Part shown: piece after piece, positions 51,831-60,854 of the stretch
Numbering within the stretch: position 1 is the first letter of the stretch
Layout: the number at the start of each line of letters is the position of its first letter
Assembly: GCA_963704725.1 (NCBI GenBank)
Contig: OY969934.1
Coordinates: 2,112,001-2,176,000, forward strand
Length of the DNA stretch: 64,000 nucleotides
Direction: 5' to 3'
From: an uncultured Actinomycetes bacterium
GTDB lineage: Bacteria; Actinomycetota; UBA4738; HRBIN12
Position numbers and translations under genes: made by a program
The notes under the pieces: model-generated
Seen by the model: the letters and a program-made list of their open reading frames with translations, nothing else
Told to the model about the DNA's origin: nothing
Database searches by the model: none

Positions 51831-52325
51831 CTATCGGGACCCCGGGGCGTGCGGCGCCCTCGAGATCAGGGTCCGCAGGACCTGGCGCCGTAGGCGGCGG
51901 ACCTCCGGGAGCCGGCGGCCGACCTGCGCCCGGATCGCGAGACCGGTCTTCGCGAGGCGCCGGGCGACGGCGGAGCGCGCAGCCGATCGGAGCCACGCGC
52001 GTGGTGCCGATCCCGGCTCCGGCCGTTCCTCGACCGACAGGTTCGGAGGCAGCGCGTCGGTCAGCAGGCGCAGCACCCCGGCGACGTTCGGTCTCGCCGA
52101 GACCGCCACCACCCGGCGATCTGGGTCGGCCGCGGCCACGGCGGCGAGCGAGCGCACGCCGGAGGCGTCGATGAACGTCAGCTCACTCAGGTCCAGCACC
52201 AACGGATCGCCGCGCTGGACGGCGCGCGCAGCCAGCTCCGCCAGCAGGTACGAGGTCCCGGCGTCCAGCTCCCCGCGCAGCCGGACGCCGTCGTCACCGG
52301 CGTCCTCGACACGGAGCAGATCCAC
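51831..52325 (-). CDS. STAS-domain anti-sigma antagonist with a basic C-terminal extension
   Basis: LRGELD, LVLDLSELTFIDASG. Confidence 0.8.
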   Translation of the reverse strand: MDLLRVEDAGDDGVRLRGELDAGTSYLLAELAARAVQRGDPLVLDLSELTFIDASGVRSLAAVAAADPDRRVVAVSARPNVAGVLRLLTDALPPNLSVEERPEPGSAPRAWLRSAARSAVARRLAKTGLAIRAQVGRRLPEVRRLRRQVLRTLISRAPHAPGSR

Positions 52326-52367
52326 CGCCGGACCCCCACGGGGCGGCTTTCGGGCGATGGCGCGACG

Positions 52368-53429
52368 CTACGCGCCTTCGCCGGATCCGTCTATCCCCGC
52401 ACGGGCCGACTCGAGCACCTCCATGACCTCGACCGCTTCCGCCAGCGCGACCGGAGGGTCCGTCCCCCCGCGGATCGAACGCGCGACCTCCACGTAGAAC
52501 GCCGGGTAGTCGCCCCGCTCCGTCGGGACCGCCTCGCTCTGCTCGCCCCGGTGGATGCGGCCCCATCGTTCGGACGGTTCCTCGCCGTATCCGGGGTCGC
52601 CGGGCATCCGGCCGGCGCTCATCTGCTCCTCCTGGGGATCGAGCCCCCACTTCACGTAGGCGCCGGCGAGACCGAGGACCCGGTAGCGCGGCCCGAGGGC
52701 CCCGGCGACGGCGCTCATCCACAGGTGGCTGATCTGCCCGCCGGGGTGCCGGAGGGCGACGAACGCGTCGTCGTCCACCTCGGCCTCGGGCCGGCGCCGT
52801 TCGACCTCGCCGTGGACGTGCACCGGCCGGCCGAACAACCGGATCGCCTGGTCCACCAGGTGACTCCCGAGGTCCAGGAGCAGCCCGCCGCCGTCCTCGG
52901 CCGCCCCGAGCTCGCGCCACGCGCCCGCCTCGACCTCGGGTCGCCACCGCTCGAACCGCGACTCGAACCGCGTCACGGTGCCGAGCGCGCCCGTCTCGAC
53001 CAGACGCTTCACGGTGAGGAAGTCCCCGTCCAGGCGGCGATTCTGGAACACCGTGCACACGAGACCCCGGCCCTCGGCGGCAGCGGCCAGCCGCCGGGCC
53101 TCCGCCGCCGTCGGCGCGAGCGGCTTGTCCACGACGACGTGGAGCCCGGCCTCCAGCGCGGCCAGGGCGATCGGCACGTGCGATCGATTGGGCGTGCTGA
53201 CGACGACGAGGTCGTGGTCTTCCGCGGCGGCCCACAGCGCGTCGACATCGGGCACGACACGTGCGCCGGGGTGGCTCGCCCTCGCTCGCGCGGCGCGCTC
53301 GGGGTCCGCCGTGACGATCGAGGCCAGCGTCAGATCGGGCACGGCCTCCACGAGCGGCGCGTGGAACACGGAGCCGCCGAGCCCGTAGCCGACGACCGCC
53401 GTCCGGATCGGTGCCGCCTGGGAGCTCAT
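52368..53429 (-). CDS. Gfo/Idh/MocA oxidoreductase (YdgJ-like)
   Basis: VVGYGLGG..FHAP, TPN..H, VVDKP, FQNRR.DGDF, DLGSHLVDQ, DPQE. Confidence 0.9.
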   Translation of the reverse strand: MSSQAAPIRTAVVGYGLGGSVFHAPLVEAVPDLTLASIVTADPERAARARASHPGARVVPDVDALWAAAEDHDLVVVSTPNRSHVPIALAALEAGLHVVVDKPLAPTAAEARRLAAAAEGRGLVCTVFQNRRLDGDFLTVKRLVETGALGTVTRFESRFERWRPEVEAGAWRELGAAEDGGGLLLDLGSHLVDQAIRLFGRPVHVHGEVERRRPEAEVDDDAFVALRHPGGQISHLWMSAVAGALGPRYRVLGLAGAYVKWGLDPQEEQMSAGRMPGDPGYGEEPSERWGRIHRGEQSEAVPTERGDYPAFYVEVARSIRGGTDPPVALAEAVEVMEVLESARAGIDGSGEGA

Positions 53430-53491
53430 GCGGCCGGCCTCGTCGTGCGGCAAGATGCCGGGACCTGACAGCCGAACGAAGGGAGCGAACG

Positions 53492-54199
53492 ATGACCGAT
53501 CTGAGCGGCAGGGTGGCCTTCGTCACGGGGGCGAGCCGGGGCATCGGCGCGGCGGTGGCCGGCGCGCTGTCCGAGCGCGGCGTCCACCTCGGGCTGGCGT
53601 CTCGCAGCGGCGACGACCTGGGGATCGACGGAGCCGTGGCCGGCCCGTGCGACGTCCGCGACCCGGCGGCCGTCGACGCCCTGGTCGCCCGGACCGTGGA
53701 GCGCTTCGGCGGGCTGGACATCGTCGTGGCCAACGCCGGCGTGGGCGGCTACGGCCCGTTCCTCGAGATGCCCCTCGACCAGATCGAGGAGATCCTCGAC
53801 GTGAACGTGAAGGGCACCTTCCACACGGTCCGCGCCACGCTCCCCCACCTGCTCCGCAGCGACGCCGCCGACCTGGTCACGGTGGCCTCCGAGGCGGGCC
53901 GGCGGGGGCTCCCCTTCGAGGCGACCTACTGCGCCTCGAAGTTCGCCCAGGTGGGGCTGACCCGGGCGCTCGATCACGAGCTGCGACCGCAGGGCGTCCG
54001 CTGCACCAACGTGTGCCCGGGCGGCGTCGCGACCGACTTCGCGATGGGGCGCGGCCGCACGCCCGACATGCCCGAGCTCGCCGGGATGATGGCGGCCGAG
54101 GACGTGGCCGAGGCCGTCGTGTTCGTGCTGACCCGGCCGAGGAACCACCGCATCCTCGAGATGGCGTTCCGCCCGGTGACCGAGGATTCGTGGGGATGA
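53492..54199 (+). CDS. Short-chain dehydrogenase/reductase
   Basis: TGASRGIG, ANAG, YCASK, PGGVATDF. Confidence 0.9.
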   Translation: MTDLSGRVAFVTGASRGIGAAVAGALSERGVHLGLASRSGDDLGIDGAVAGPCDVRDPAAVDALVARTVERFGGLDIVVANAGVGGYGPFLEMPLDQIEEILDVNVKGTFHTVRATLPHLLRSDAADLVTVASEAGRRGLPFEATYCASKFAQVGLTRALDHELRPQGVRCTNVCPGGVATDFAMGRGRTPDMPELAGMMAAEDVAEAVVFVLTRPRNHRILEMAFRPVTEDSWG

Positions 54200-54227
54200 C
54201 CGGCACGCGCGCTCCATCGCCGGGACG

Positions 54228-55715
54228 TCACCCCATGGCGTGGAAGGTCTCGGCGAGCGCCGGGTACAGACCGCGGTAGCGGGCGTACCCCTCCGCGTAG
54301 CCCTCCACGGCGCCCGAGGGCTCCACGGCGTTCCCGACCTCGACGAGGCGCCGGCACGCGTCCTCGACCCCGTCGAACCACCCGACGCCCACGGCGGCGA
54401 GCATCGCGGCGCCCTGGGCCGCGCCCTCCGAGCCCGTGGCGGTGACCACCGTCGTGCCCAGCACATCCGCCAGGATCGACCGCCACAGGGCGCTCTTGCT
54501 GCCGCCCCCCGTCGCCCGGATCTGCGTGAACCCGCCGAGCCCGACGGCCCGCATCAGCTCGAGCGAGTCGCGGAGCCCGAACGCCACGCCCTCGAGCACG
54601 GCGCGGGTGAGGTGCGGCCGTCCGTGGTGCACCGTGAGCCCCACGAACCCGCCTCGGGCGAGCGGGTCCGGGTGGGGGGTTCGCTCGCCCGTGAGATACG
54701 GAAGGAACAGGAGGCCGTCGCTCCCCGCCGGCACGGCCTCGGCCTCCGCCGTGAGCTCGTCGAACGCGGTCCCGGGCGCGACGGCGTCCCGGTACCACCG
54801 CAGGCTGCCCGCGGCCGAGAGCATCACGCCCATCACGTGCCACCGGCCCGGCACAGCGTGGCAGAAGGCGTGCAGCCGCCCCTGCGGCTCGATCAGCGGA
54901 CCGTCCGTCGTGGCGAACACCACGCCGGAGGTTCCGAGCGACAGCGAGACGATCCCTGGCTCGACGGCTCCGACGCCGACGGCCGCCGCGGCCTGGTCGC
55001 CCCCGCCGGCCACGATCGGCGTGCCCGCTCGGAGCCCGGTCGCGGCGGCGGCCTCCGCGGAGACCACCCCGGTGACCGCCGGGCCCTCGTAGGTCGTCGG
55101 CAGCCATGCGCGCTCGATGCCGAGGGCGTCCAGGACCTCCACCGACCAGTCCCGGGCGGCCAGGTCGAACAGGAGCGTGCCGGCCCCGTCCGCGCAGTCG
55201 ACCGCGAGGTCGCCGCTCAGGTGGAAGCGGACGAAGTCCTTCGGCAGCAGGACGTGGGCGATGCGGGCCCACACGTCCGGCTCGTTCCGGCGAACCCACA
55301 GCAGCTTGGGGGCCGTGAAGCCGGTGAGCGCGTCGTTTCCGGTGATGGCGATCAGGCGATCTCGGCCGAGGGTCTCGCGGATCAGGTCGCACTCGGCCTG
55401 GGTGCGCTGGTCGTTCCACAGGATCGCCGGGCGCAAGACCTTCCCCTCGGCGTCGAGCGCGACCAGACCGTGCATCTGTCCCGTGAGGCCGACCGCCTCG
55501 ACGTCGCCCGCGCCGAGGCCGGCCCGCCCGACCGCCTCGCCGACCGCCTCGGTGGTGGCGCGCCACCAGGACTGCGGATCCTGCTCGCTCCACAGCGGGC
55601 GGGGCGTCTCGTACGGGTACTCGGCGGCCGCGGAGGCGCGGACGACGCCGCCCCGATCCAGGAGCAGCGCCTTGGTCGCCGTCGTGGAGACGTCGAGGCC
55701 GAGGACGACGCTCAC
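54228..55715 (-). CDS. xylB: Xylulokinase
   Basis: GLD.ST, TGQMHG, ILWND.R, FTAPK, GGGDQ, SLGTSG, PYL.GERTP. Confidence 0.93.
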   Translation of the reverse strand: MSVVLGLDVSTTATKALLLDRGGVVRASAAAEYPYETPRPLWSEQDPQSWWRATTEAVGEAVGRAGLGAGDVEAVGLTGQMHGLVALDAEGKVLRPAILWNDQRTQAECDLIRETLGRDRLIAITGNDALTGFTAPKLLWVRRNEPDVWARIAHVLLPKDFVRFHLSGDLAVDCADGAGTLLFDLAARDWSVEVLDALGIERAWLPTTYEGPAVTGVVSAEAAAATGLRAGTPIVAGGGDQAAAAVGVGAVEPGIVSLSLGTSGVVFATTDGPLIEPQGRLHAFCHAVPGRWHVMGVMLSAAGSLRWYRDAVAPGTAFDELTAEAEAVPAGSDGLLFLPYLTGERTPHPDPLARGGFVGLTVHHGRPHLTRAVLEGVAFGLRDSLELMRAVGLGGFTQIRATGGGSKSALWRSILADVLGTTVVTATGSEGAAQGAAMLAAVGVGWFDGVEDACRRLVEVGNAVEPSGAVEGYAEGYARYRGLYPALAETFHAMG

Positions 55716-56545
55716 GCCTCGCCGTCCTCCGTTCGGCGGAGCGTCCAACGCTCCCGGTGCGTGACCTCCTCGCCCGGCCCGAGCGTGCGCAGCGGGCCGA
55801 GCGTCTCCAGCTCGCAGAACTCGTCGCAGACGTAGACCTGGACGGCGGCCCCGCAGTCGGCGTAGGCGGCGCCTGGCCACACCTCGGTCCGCTTCTCGAA
55901 CACGTCCCGCCCGAGCTGGAAGCGCACGGCGCCGTCGCCGGGGGCCGCGCCGATCTTCACGGCCGGCCCGGGCCCGGCCCGGAGCCGGACCGCGTCACGC
56001 TCGAACGTCAGCCGCGGGTCGGCCAGATCCGTGTACGGCCACAGGACGAGCGAGCGATCGGCCTGGAGCCCCCGTCCGTTCGCTCCCAGCGGCAGGATCG
56101 CCTCGCCGCCGGGCCGGAGCTGGGTGACCGCCCACGGCGCGATCGTGAGCTCCACGCCCGAGGCGTTGCCGATCGTGTGGTCGACGGTCCATCCCCCGTC
56201 GGCCCGCCGGATCTCGATCGACTTCACCAGCCCCGCGCCGTCCGCGGGGGCCTCGACGCGGACGCCGCCGTCGACCTCGGTCGCCGCGCACGGCCGATCG
56301 TCCGGCTCGTAGGAGATCTCGGGGACCTCCGGAGCCGCCCACAGGCGGTGCCCCCCGATCAGACGGAACCGCGACCCGTCGCCGCGGTCGAGCGCGGCGT
56401 CGGGCAGGACCGCGAAGAGGTTCCCCTGCGATCCGGTCAGCCCGAGGACGCGCGGACCGAGCGACGTCGTCACGAAGACCTCGGCCCCCTCGTCCGCGAG
56501 GCGGACGCAGTCGTGCCCCTCGAACGAGACCGCCTCGAGCGTCAC
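55712..56545 (-). CDS. Uncharacterised protein, probable galactose-mutarotase-like fold
   Basis: [26 protein letters not shown]; coupled to both xylA and xylB. Confidence 0.6.
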   Translation of the reverse strand: MTLEAVSFEGHDCVRLADEGAEVFVTTSLGPRVLGLTGSQGNLFAVLPDAALDRGDGSRFRLIGGHRLWAAPEVPEISYEPDDRPCAATEVDGGVRVEAPADGAGLVKSIEIRRADGGWTVDHTIGNASGVELTIAPWAVTQLRPGGEAILPLGANGRGLQADRSLVLWPYTDLADPRLTFERDAVRLRAGPGPAVKIGAAPGDGAVRFQLGRDVFEKRTEVWPGAAYADCGAAVQVYVCDEFCELETLGPLRTLGPGEEVTHRERWTLRRTEDGEA

Positions 56546-57705
56546 CGAGCTCCCAGCAGGAGGTCGATCGTGAGCTGGTCGAGGCGCTCGTACGGCTGGC
56601 CGCGGACGCCGAGGACCCGTCGGTCGAGCTCGAGGTCGGACAGCGCCGCCGCCCGCTCGGGGGTGTACGGCCCGAGCGCCGACGCCGCGCTGCCGTCGTC
56701 CGCGTTGATCTGGGCCACGAGCTGCTGGATCTCGGGGTCGGCGTTCCAGCGCTCCGCCTTCTCCTTCAGGATCAGGTACGTGCGCATGCACCCGCGGGCG
56801 AACGCCTTCACGTCCTCGTAGTCCGACGTCCGGTACGCGTGCGCGTCGAAGTGGCGGCTGCCCGCGTAGCCGACGTCCTCCAGAAGCTTCACCAGGAAGA
56901 ACGCGGCCTTCGGGTTGGCCGAGCCGAACCGCAGGTCCTGGTCGTAGCGGCCGGGGATCTGATCGTTCAGGTCGATGTGGAACAGCTTGCCCATCGACCA
57001 CGCCTGCGCGACGTGATGGGTGAAGTTGAGCCCCGCCATGTGCTCGTGCGCGACCTCGGGGTTCACCCCGACCATCTCGGAGTGCTCGAGCGTGGAGATG
57101 AACGCGAGCATCGCGCCCGTCGTGGAGAGGTAGATGTCGCCGCGCGGCTCGTTCGGCTTGGACTCGAGGGCGAACCGCAGGTCGTACCCCTGGTCCTTCA
57201 CGTAGGCGCACAGGAAGTTCATCGCGTCCGTGTACCGCTGCAACGCGACGAGCGGGTCCTTCGACGAGTCGGTCTCGACGCCCTCGCGGCCGCCCCAGAA
57301 CACGTAGGTGGTCGCCCCCAGCTCGACGCCGAGGTCGATGGCCCGCATCGTCTTGCGGATCGCGTACGCCCGCACCCGCGCGTCGTTGGCCGTGAACGCG
57401 CCGTCGCGGAACGCCGGGTCGCGGAACAGGTTCGTCGTCGCCATGGGGACGACGAGGCCCGTCGCGTCGAGCGCCTTGCGGAAGTCGGACACGATCTGAT
57501 CCCGCTCGTGGGCACTCGCGTCGATCGGGACGAGGTCGTTGTCGTGGAAGTTGACCCCCCACGCCCCGACCTCGGCCAGCAGCTCGACGAGCTGCACCGG
57601 CGAGAGCGCCTCTCGCACGGGCTCGCCGAACGGGTCGATGCCGACGTTGCCGACGGTCCACAGCCCGAACGAGAACCGATGCTCTGCCTTCGGTTCGTAC
57701 GTCAT
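56542..57705 (-). CDS. xylA: Xylose isomerase (class I)
   Basis: [42 protein letters not shown]; GGAGG SD. Confidence 0.96.
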   Translation of the reverse strand: MTYEPKAEHRFSFGLWTVGNVGIDPFGEPVREALSPVQLVELLAEVGAWGVNFHDNDLVPIDASAHERDQIVSDFRKALDATGLVVPMATTNLFRDPAFRDGAFTANDARVRAYAIRKTMRAIDLGVELGATTYVFWGGREGVETDSSKDPLVALQRYTDAMNFLCAYVKDQGYDLRFALESKPNEPRGDIYLSTTGAMLAFISTLEHSEMVGVNPEVAHEHMAGLNFTHHVAQAWSMGKLFHIDLNDQIPGRYDQDLRFGSANPKAAFFLVKLLEDVGYAGSRHFDAHAYRTSDYEDVKAFARGCMRTYLILKEKAERWNADPEIQQLVAQINADDGSAASALGPYTPERAAALSDLELDRRVLGVRGQPYERLDQLTIDLLLGAR

Positions 57706-57770
57706 CGAACCATCACCTCCGATTGCGTGCTCCTCGACGACCCGACACTGGCCTTCGGCACGGCGGCACC

Positions 57771-59144
57771 CTATCCCGTCATCGTCATCACCCGATCCGG
57801 TCGGAGCAGGAACGGCGGCAGCCAGGCTGGGATGTTCGAGAACGGGAGCACGTCGGGATGCAGGTCGATCCCGAGCATGTCGTTCATGAACCGCAGGCGG
57901 GCCTGGATCCGCTCCCACGCCTCGGGGTGGCCGGCGGCGAACGCCCCTCGGAGCGCCTCGTCGGCGAGCGCCACCCCGTCCTCGATGTTCGTCGTGAAGT
58001 ACTCGGTTCCGGTCGCGGGGATGATGTCGACCTGCAGCGCCATGCCGGAGCGCAGCTCGACGGTCGAACCCGGCGCCACCGGGGAGTTCACCCACTCGTC
58101 CAGGTGGATCTGGTGGCCGGGGTTGAGGGAGACCCCGAAGAACGGATCGCCGAGGCGACGGCAGATGATCTCGTGCAGCGCGCCGCCTGTCTGCCCCACG
58201 TGCAGCGCCTCGTACCACGCCGCGACGGCCTCGAAGTAGGGAGCGACGAGTCGCTCGGTGTAGTCGCGGATGCCCGCCGGAAGCTCTTCCGCGTCCGCGA
58301 CGACGAACCCGGCCCGGCAGTTCAACGCGCCCCAGACGCCGAACGCGACGGTGAAGCGATCCCCTCGTTCGATCCGCCGGTCGGTCGGGCTGAGCAACCC
58401 GAGCGACGCTCGCTCGCCGCTCGACAGCATGAGGTGGCACGACAGCGGCGAGCCGTCCCACTCGAGCAGGGCCACGGCCTCGCGCTCGCGCAGGCCGGGC
58501 CGAAGGCCCGTCAGCAGCCGGCGGACGCCGGTGGAGGTCCGGCACGCGGCGGCCTCGAACGCGGCGAGCTGCTCCGGCTCGTTGATCACTCGGAGGCCGT
58601 CGGCGGCGCCGGTGAGCAGATGAGCGGCGTTGTGGACCGAGCCGGCCGGGGTCATCCCGCGGAGCACGTCCACGATGAACGCCGGCACCTCCATCACGTC
58701 GCGGTCGGCGTACTCCTTCCACCCGACGACCCCGACACGGCTTCGACCGCCGATCCCCTCCTCCGCCAGGATCTCGCCGAGCGGCCGGGAGTGGTCACGC
58801 GGCTGACCCGGCAGGCTGAAGTCCTGGAACCGGTGGCGGCGCATCGGGAGCGGCGCGGTGCCGGCCATCCCGTAGCACTCGTTCCCGACCAGCAGCGCGG
58901 GCTCGCCCGAGGGACCGACCACCAGCAGGGCCTCCTCGAATCGCGGGTCGAAGCCCGTGAGGTACGCGAGGTTCGCGCTGTGCTCCCGGTCCGCGTACAC
59001 GAGGAGCCGGTCGTAGCCGTGCTCGTCCATACGGGCCCTGAGTCGCTCGAGCCGATCCCGATAGATGGCGGCGGGGATCCCCGGCGACTCCTCGGGGACG
59101 CCGAACTCCGGGAGCCGGACCTCGGCGAGCCGTGCGGGGGCCAT
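57771..59144 (-). CDS. M24/creatinase-fold protein (aminopeptidase P-like, atypical metal site)
   Basis: Creatinase-N-like segment ([21 protein letters not shown]); pita-bread motifs NPGH.IH, VDIIP, IEDG. Confidence 0.7.
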   Translation of the reverse strand: MAPARLAEVRLPEFGVPEESPGIPAAIYRDRLERLRARMDEHGYDRLLVYADREHSANLAYLTGFDPRFEEALLVVGPSGEPALLVGNECYGMAGTAPLPMRRHRFQDFSLPGQPRDHSRPLGEILAEEGIGGRSRVGVVGWKEYADRDVMEVPAFIVDVLRGMTPAGSVHNAAHLLTGAADGLRVINEPEQLAAFEAAACRTSTGVRRLLTGLRPGLREREAVALLEWDGSPLSCHLMLSSGERASLGLLSPTDRRIERGDRFTVAFGVWGALNCRAGFVVADAEELPAGIRDYTERLVAPYFEAVAAWYEALHVGQTGGALHEIICRRLGDPFFGVSLNPGHQIHLDEWVNSPVAPGSTVELRSGMALQVDIIPATGTEYFTTNIEDGVALADEALRGAFAAGHPEAWERIQARLRFMNDMLGIDLHPDVLPFSNIPAWLPPFLLRPDRVMTMTG

Positions 59145-59159
59145 CGTCCCTTCCTCCCG

Positions 59160-60854
59160 TCAGCCCTCGGGCGGAGCCCATAGCTCGGGCGCGGGCGCGC
59201 CGCGCACGATCGTCGCGAACCGGTCGGCGGCGAGGTCGAGCCACGGCCCGGTCTCCCCGTCCGGCCAGAGGACCCGGATCTGGGCCCCGCCCGCGTCGCC
59301 GAGCCCCACGTGGATCCAGCCCAGCTCGCCGCCCGCGTGACCGCCGCCGATCGTCACCTCTCGCTCGATCGTGCGGTCGCCGACCCGGACCTCGATCCAC
59401 GACCCGATGGCGTCCCGGTTGGCGCCGGGCTGCTCGAGCCGGACCGCCGCCCAGTGCCCCATCGCGACCGGCCGCGAGGCGTCGCCCGATCCCACGTTGC
59501 GGAACACGCTCACGTTCTCGCGTCGGTTCACCTGCACGAGGTCCAGCATCCCGTCGAGGTTGAGGTCGACGAGCGCGGCGCCGCGCCCCCGGACGAAGCT
59601 CGCGATCCCCGCCGCCGCGCCGCGCTCGACGAACGTCCCGTCGGAGCGGCCCAGCAGGAGGTCGCTCGGGTCCTTGGCGGCGAAGTCCGGGGTCGCCTCG
59701 ACGTTCCCCTTCGAGATGAACAGGTCGACGAGGCCGTCGTTGTTGACGTCCTGGAACTCGGGATGCCAGGCCGTGGAGGGCAGGACATCTCCCCCGGTGT
59801 AGGGGCGAGGTGCCGTGACCCCCGCTCGGAACGCGATGTCCCGATACGTGGGCCGGGCGGCCCCGTCGGCCAGCGTCTGGAGCTTGTTGTCGCCCTGACT
59901 GGTGAGGAACACCTCCGGCAGGCCGTCGCCGGTGACGTCGTAGCTCGCGATGCCCATCCCCCAGATCACCATGCGCTGCCACCCATCGGCGTGGGTGTAC
60001 GGACGCGGCGGCTCGCCGGGGGCGACGCGCCACAGCTGCTCCTCGCCGTCCAGGTAGTAGTGCCGGTCGTTGGCCATCCGCAGGTCGGCCCGACCGGACC
60101 GGTCCCAGTCGCTGAACAGGATCGACAGCGTGCACCACCCGGGCGTGAGCGCCGTCGGGGGGGCGTAGGTCCCGCCCTCGGCGCTCGGTCGCACGAGCTC
60201 GTTGTCCGCGCAGGTCGTCCGCTGGCGGTCGGCGAGGTCGAGGTAGTTGCCGAAGGCGAGGGTCGGCAATCCGGCCTGGTCCTCCCACGTCGCGCTGAAC
60301 GCCGCCGTCCAGGCATCCCCGCCGTCGACGCCCCAGCGCTCGTTGCCTCGCTCGAACCGGCAGTCCCCGAGACCGCGGAGCAGCACGTTCTCACCGAGCC
60401 GCAGGACGGCGAGGTCGATCACCCCGTCGCCGTCGATGTCGATGGGATAGGCGCCCACGACGTGGGTGAGATCGGTGACGGGATCGGGGACCTGCTCGAA
60501 CCGGAGCTCGCCCCCGACGGGGCTCTCGTTGCGATACAGCGCCGCGGGGTCGCTACCCCCGGCGAAGTAGAGATCGGGCCGTCCGTCGCCGTTGCAGTCG
60601 AACGCCGCGACGCCGCCGCCCACGAAGAACCGGAAGCCGCCGTCGTAGACGTGGTGGATGCCTGCCGCGGCGGCCTCCTCGACGAACCGCGGGGTCGCCA
60701 CCGCCGTCGCGGTCCCCGCCGACAGCACCGCGTTCGCGGCCACGACGAGGGCCAGCGCGACCACCGACCCGCCGGCCACGCCGAGGGCGAGCCAGGCGAT
60801 GGACCCCGGGCGCCACCGATCACCGCCCGCGGCACGATCCTCGACGGTGGTCAC
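59160..60854 (-). CDS. CRTAC1 / ASPIC-UnbV family membrane-anchored FG-GAP beta-propeller protein
   Basis: N-terminal TM helix; six DxD/NxDGxxD-type loops; C-terminal NRDAIG...HVGLG...WPDG; GTGA coupling to the ROK gene. Confidence 0.85.
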   Translation of the reverse strand: MTTVEDRAAGGDRWRPGSIAWLALGVAGGSVVALALVVAANAVLSAGTATAVATPRFVEEAAAAGIHHVYDGGFRFFVGGGVAAFDCNGDGRPDLYFAGGSDPAALYRNESPVGGELRFEQVPDPVTDLTHVVGAYPIDIDGDGVIDLAVLRLGENVLLRGLGDCRFERGNERWGVDGGDAWTAAFSATWEDQAGLPTLAFGNYLDLADRQRTTCADNELVRPSAEGGTYAPPTALTPGWCTLSILFSDWDRSGRADLRMANDRHYYLDGEEQLWRVAPGEPPRPYTHADGWQRMVIWGMGIASYDVTGDGLPEVFLTSQGDNKLQTLADGAARPTYRDIAFRAGVTAPRPYTGGDVLPSTAWHPEFQDVNNDGLVDLFISKGNVEATPDFAAKDPSDLLLGRSDGTFVERGAAAGIASFVRGRGAALVDLNLDGMLDLVQVNRRENVSVFRNVGSGDASRPVAMGHWAAVRLEQPGANRDAIGSWIEVRVGDRTIEREVTIGGGHAGGELGWIHVGLGDAGGAQIRVLWPDGETGPWLDLAADRFATIVRGAPAPELWAPPEG

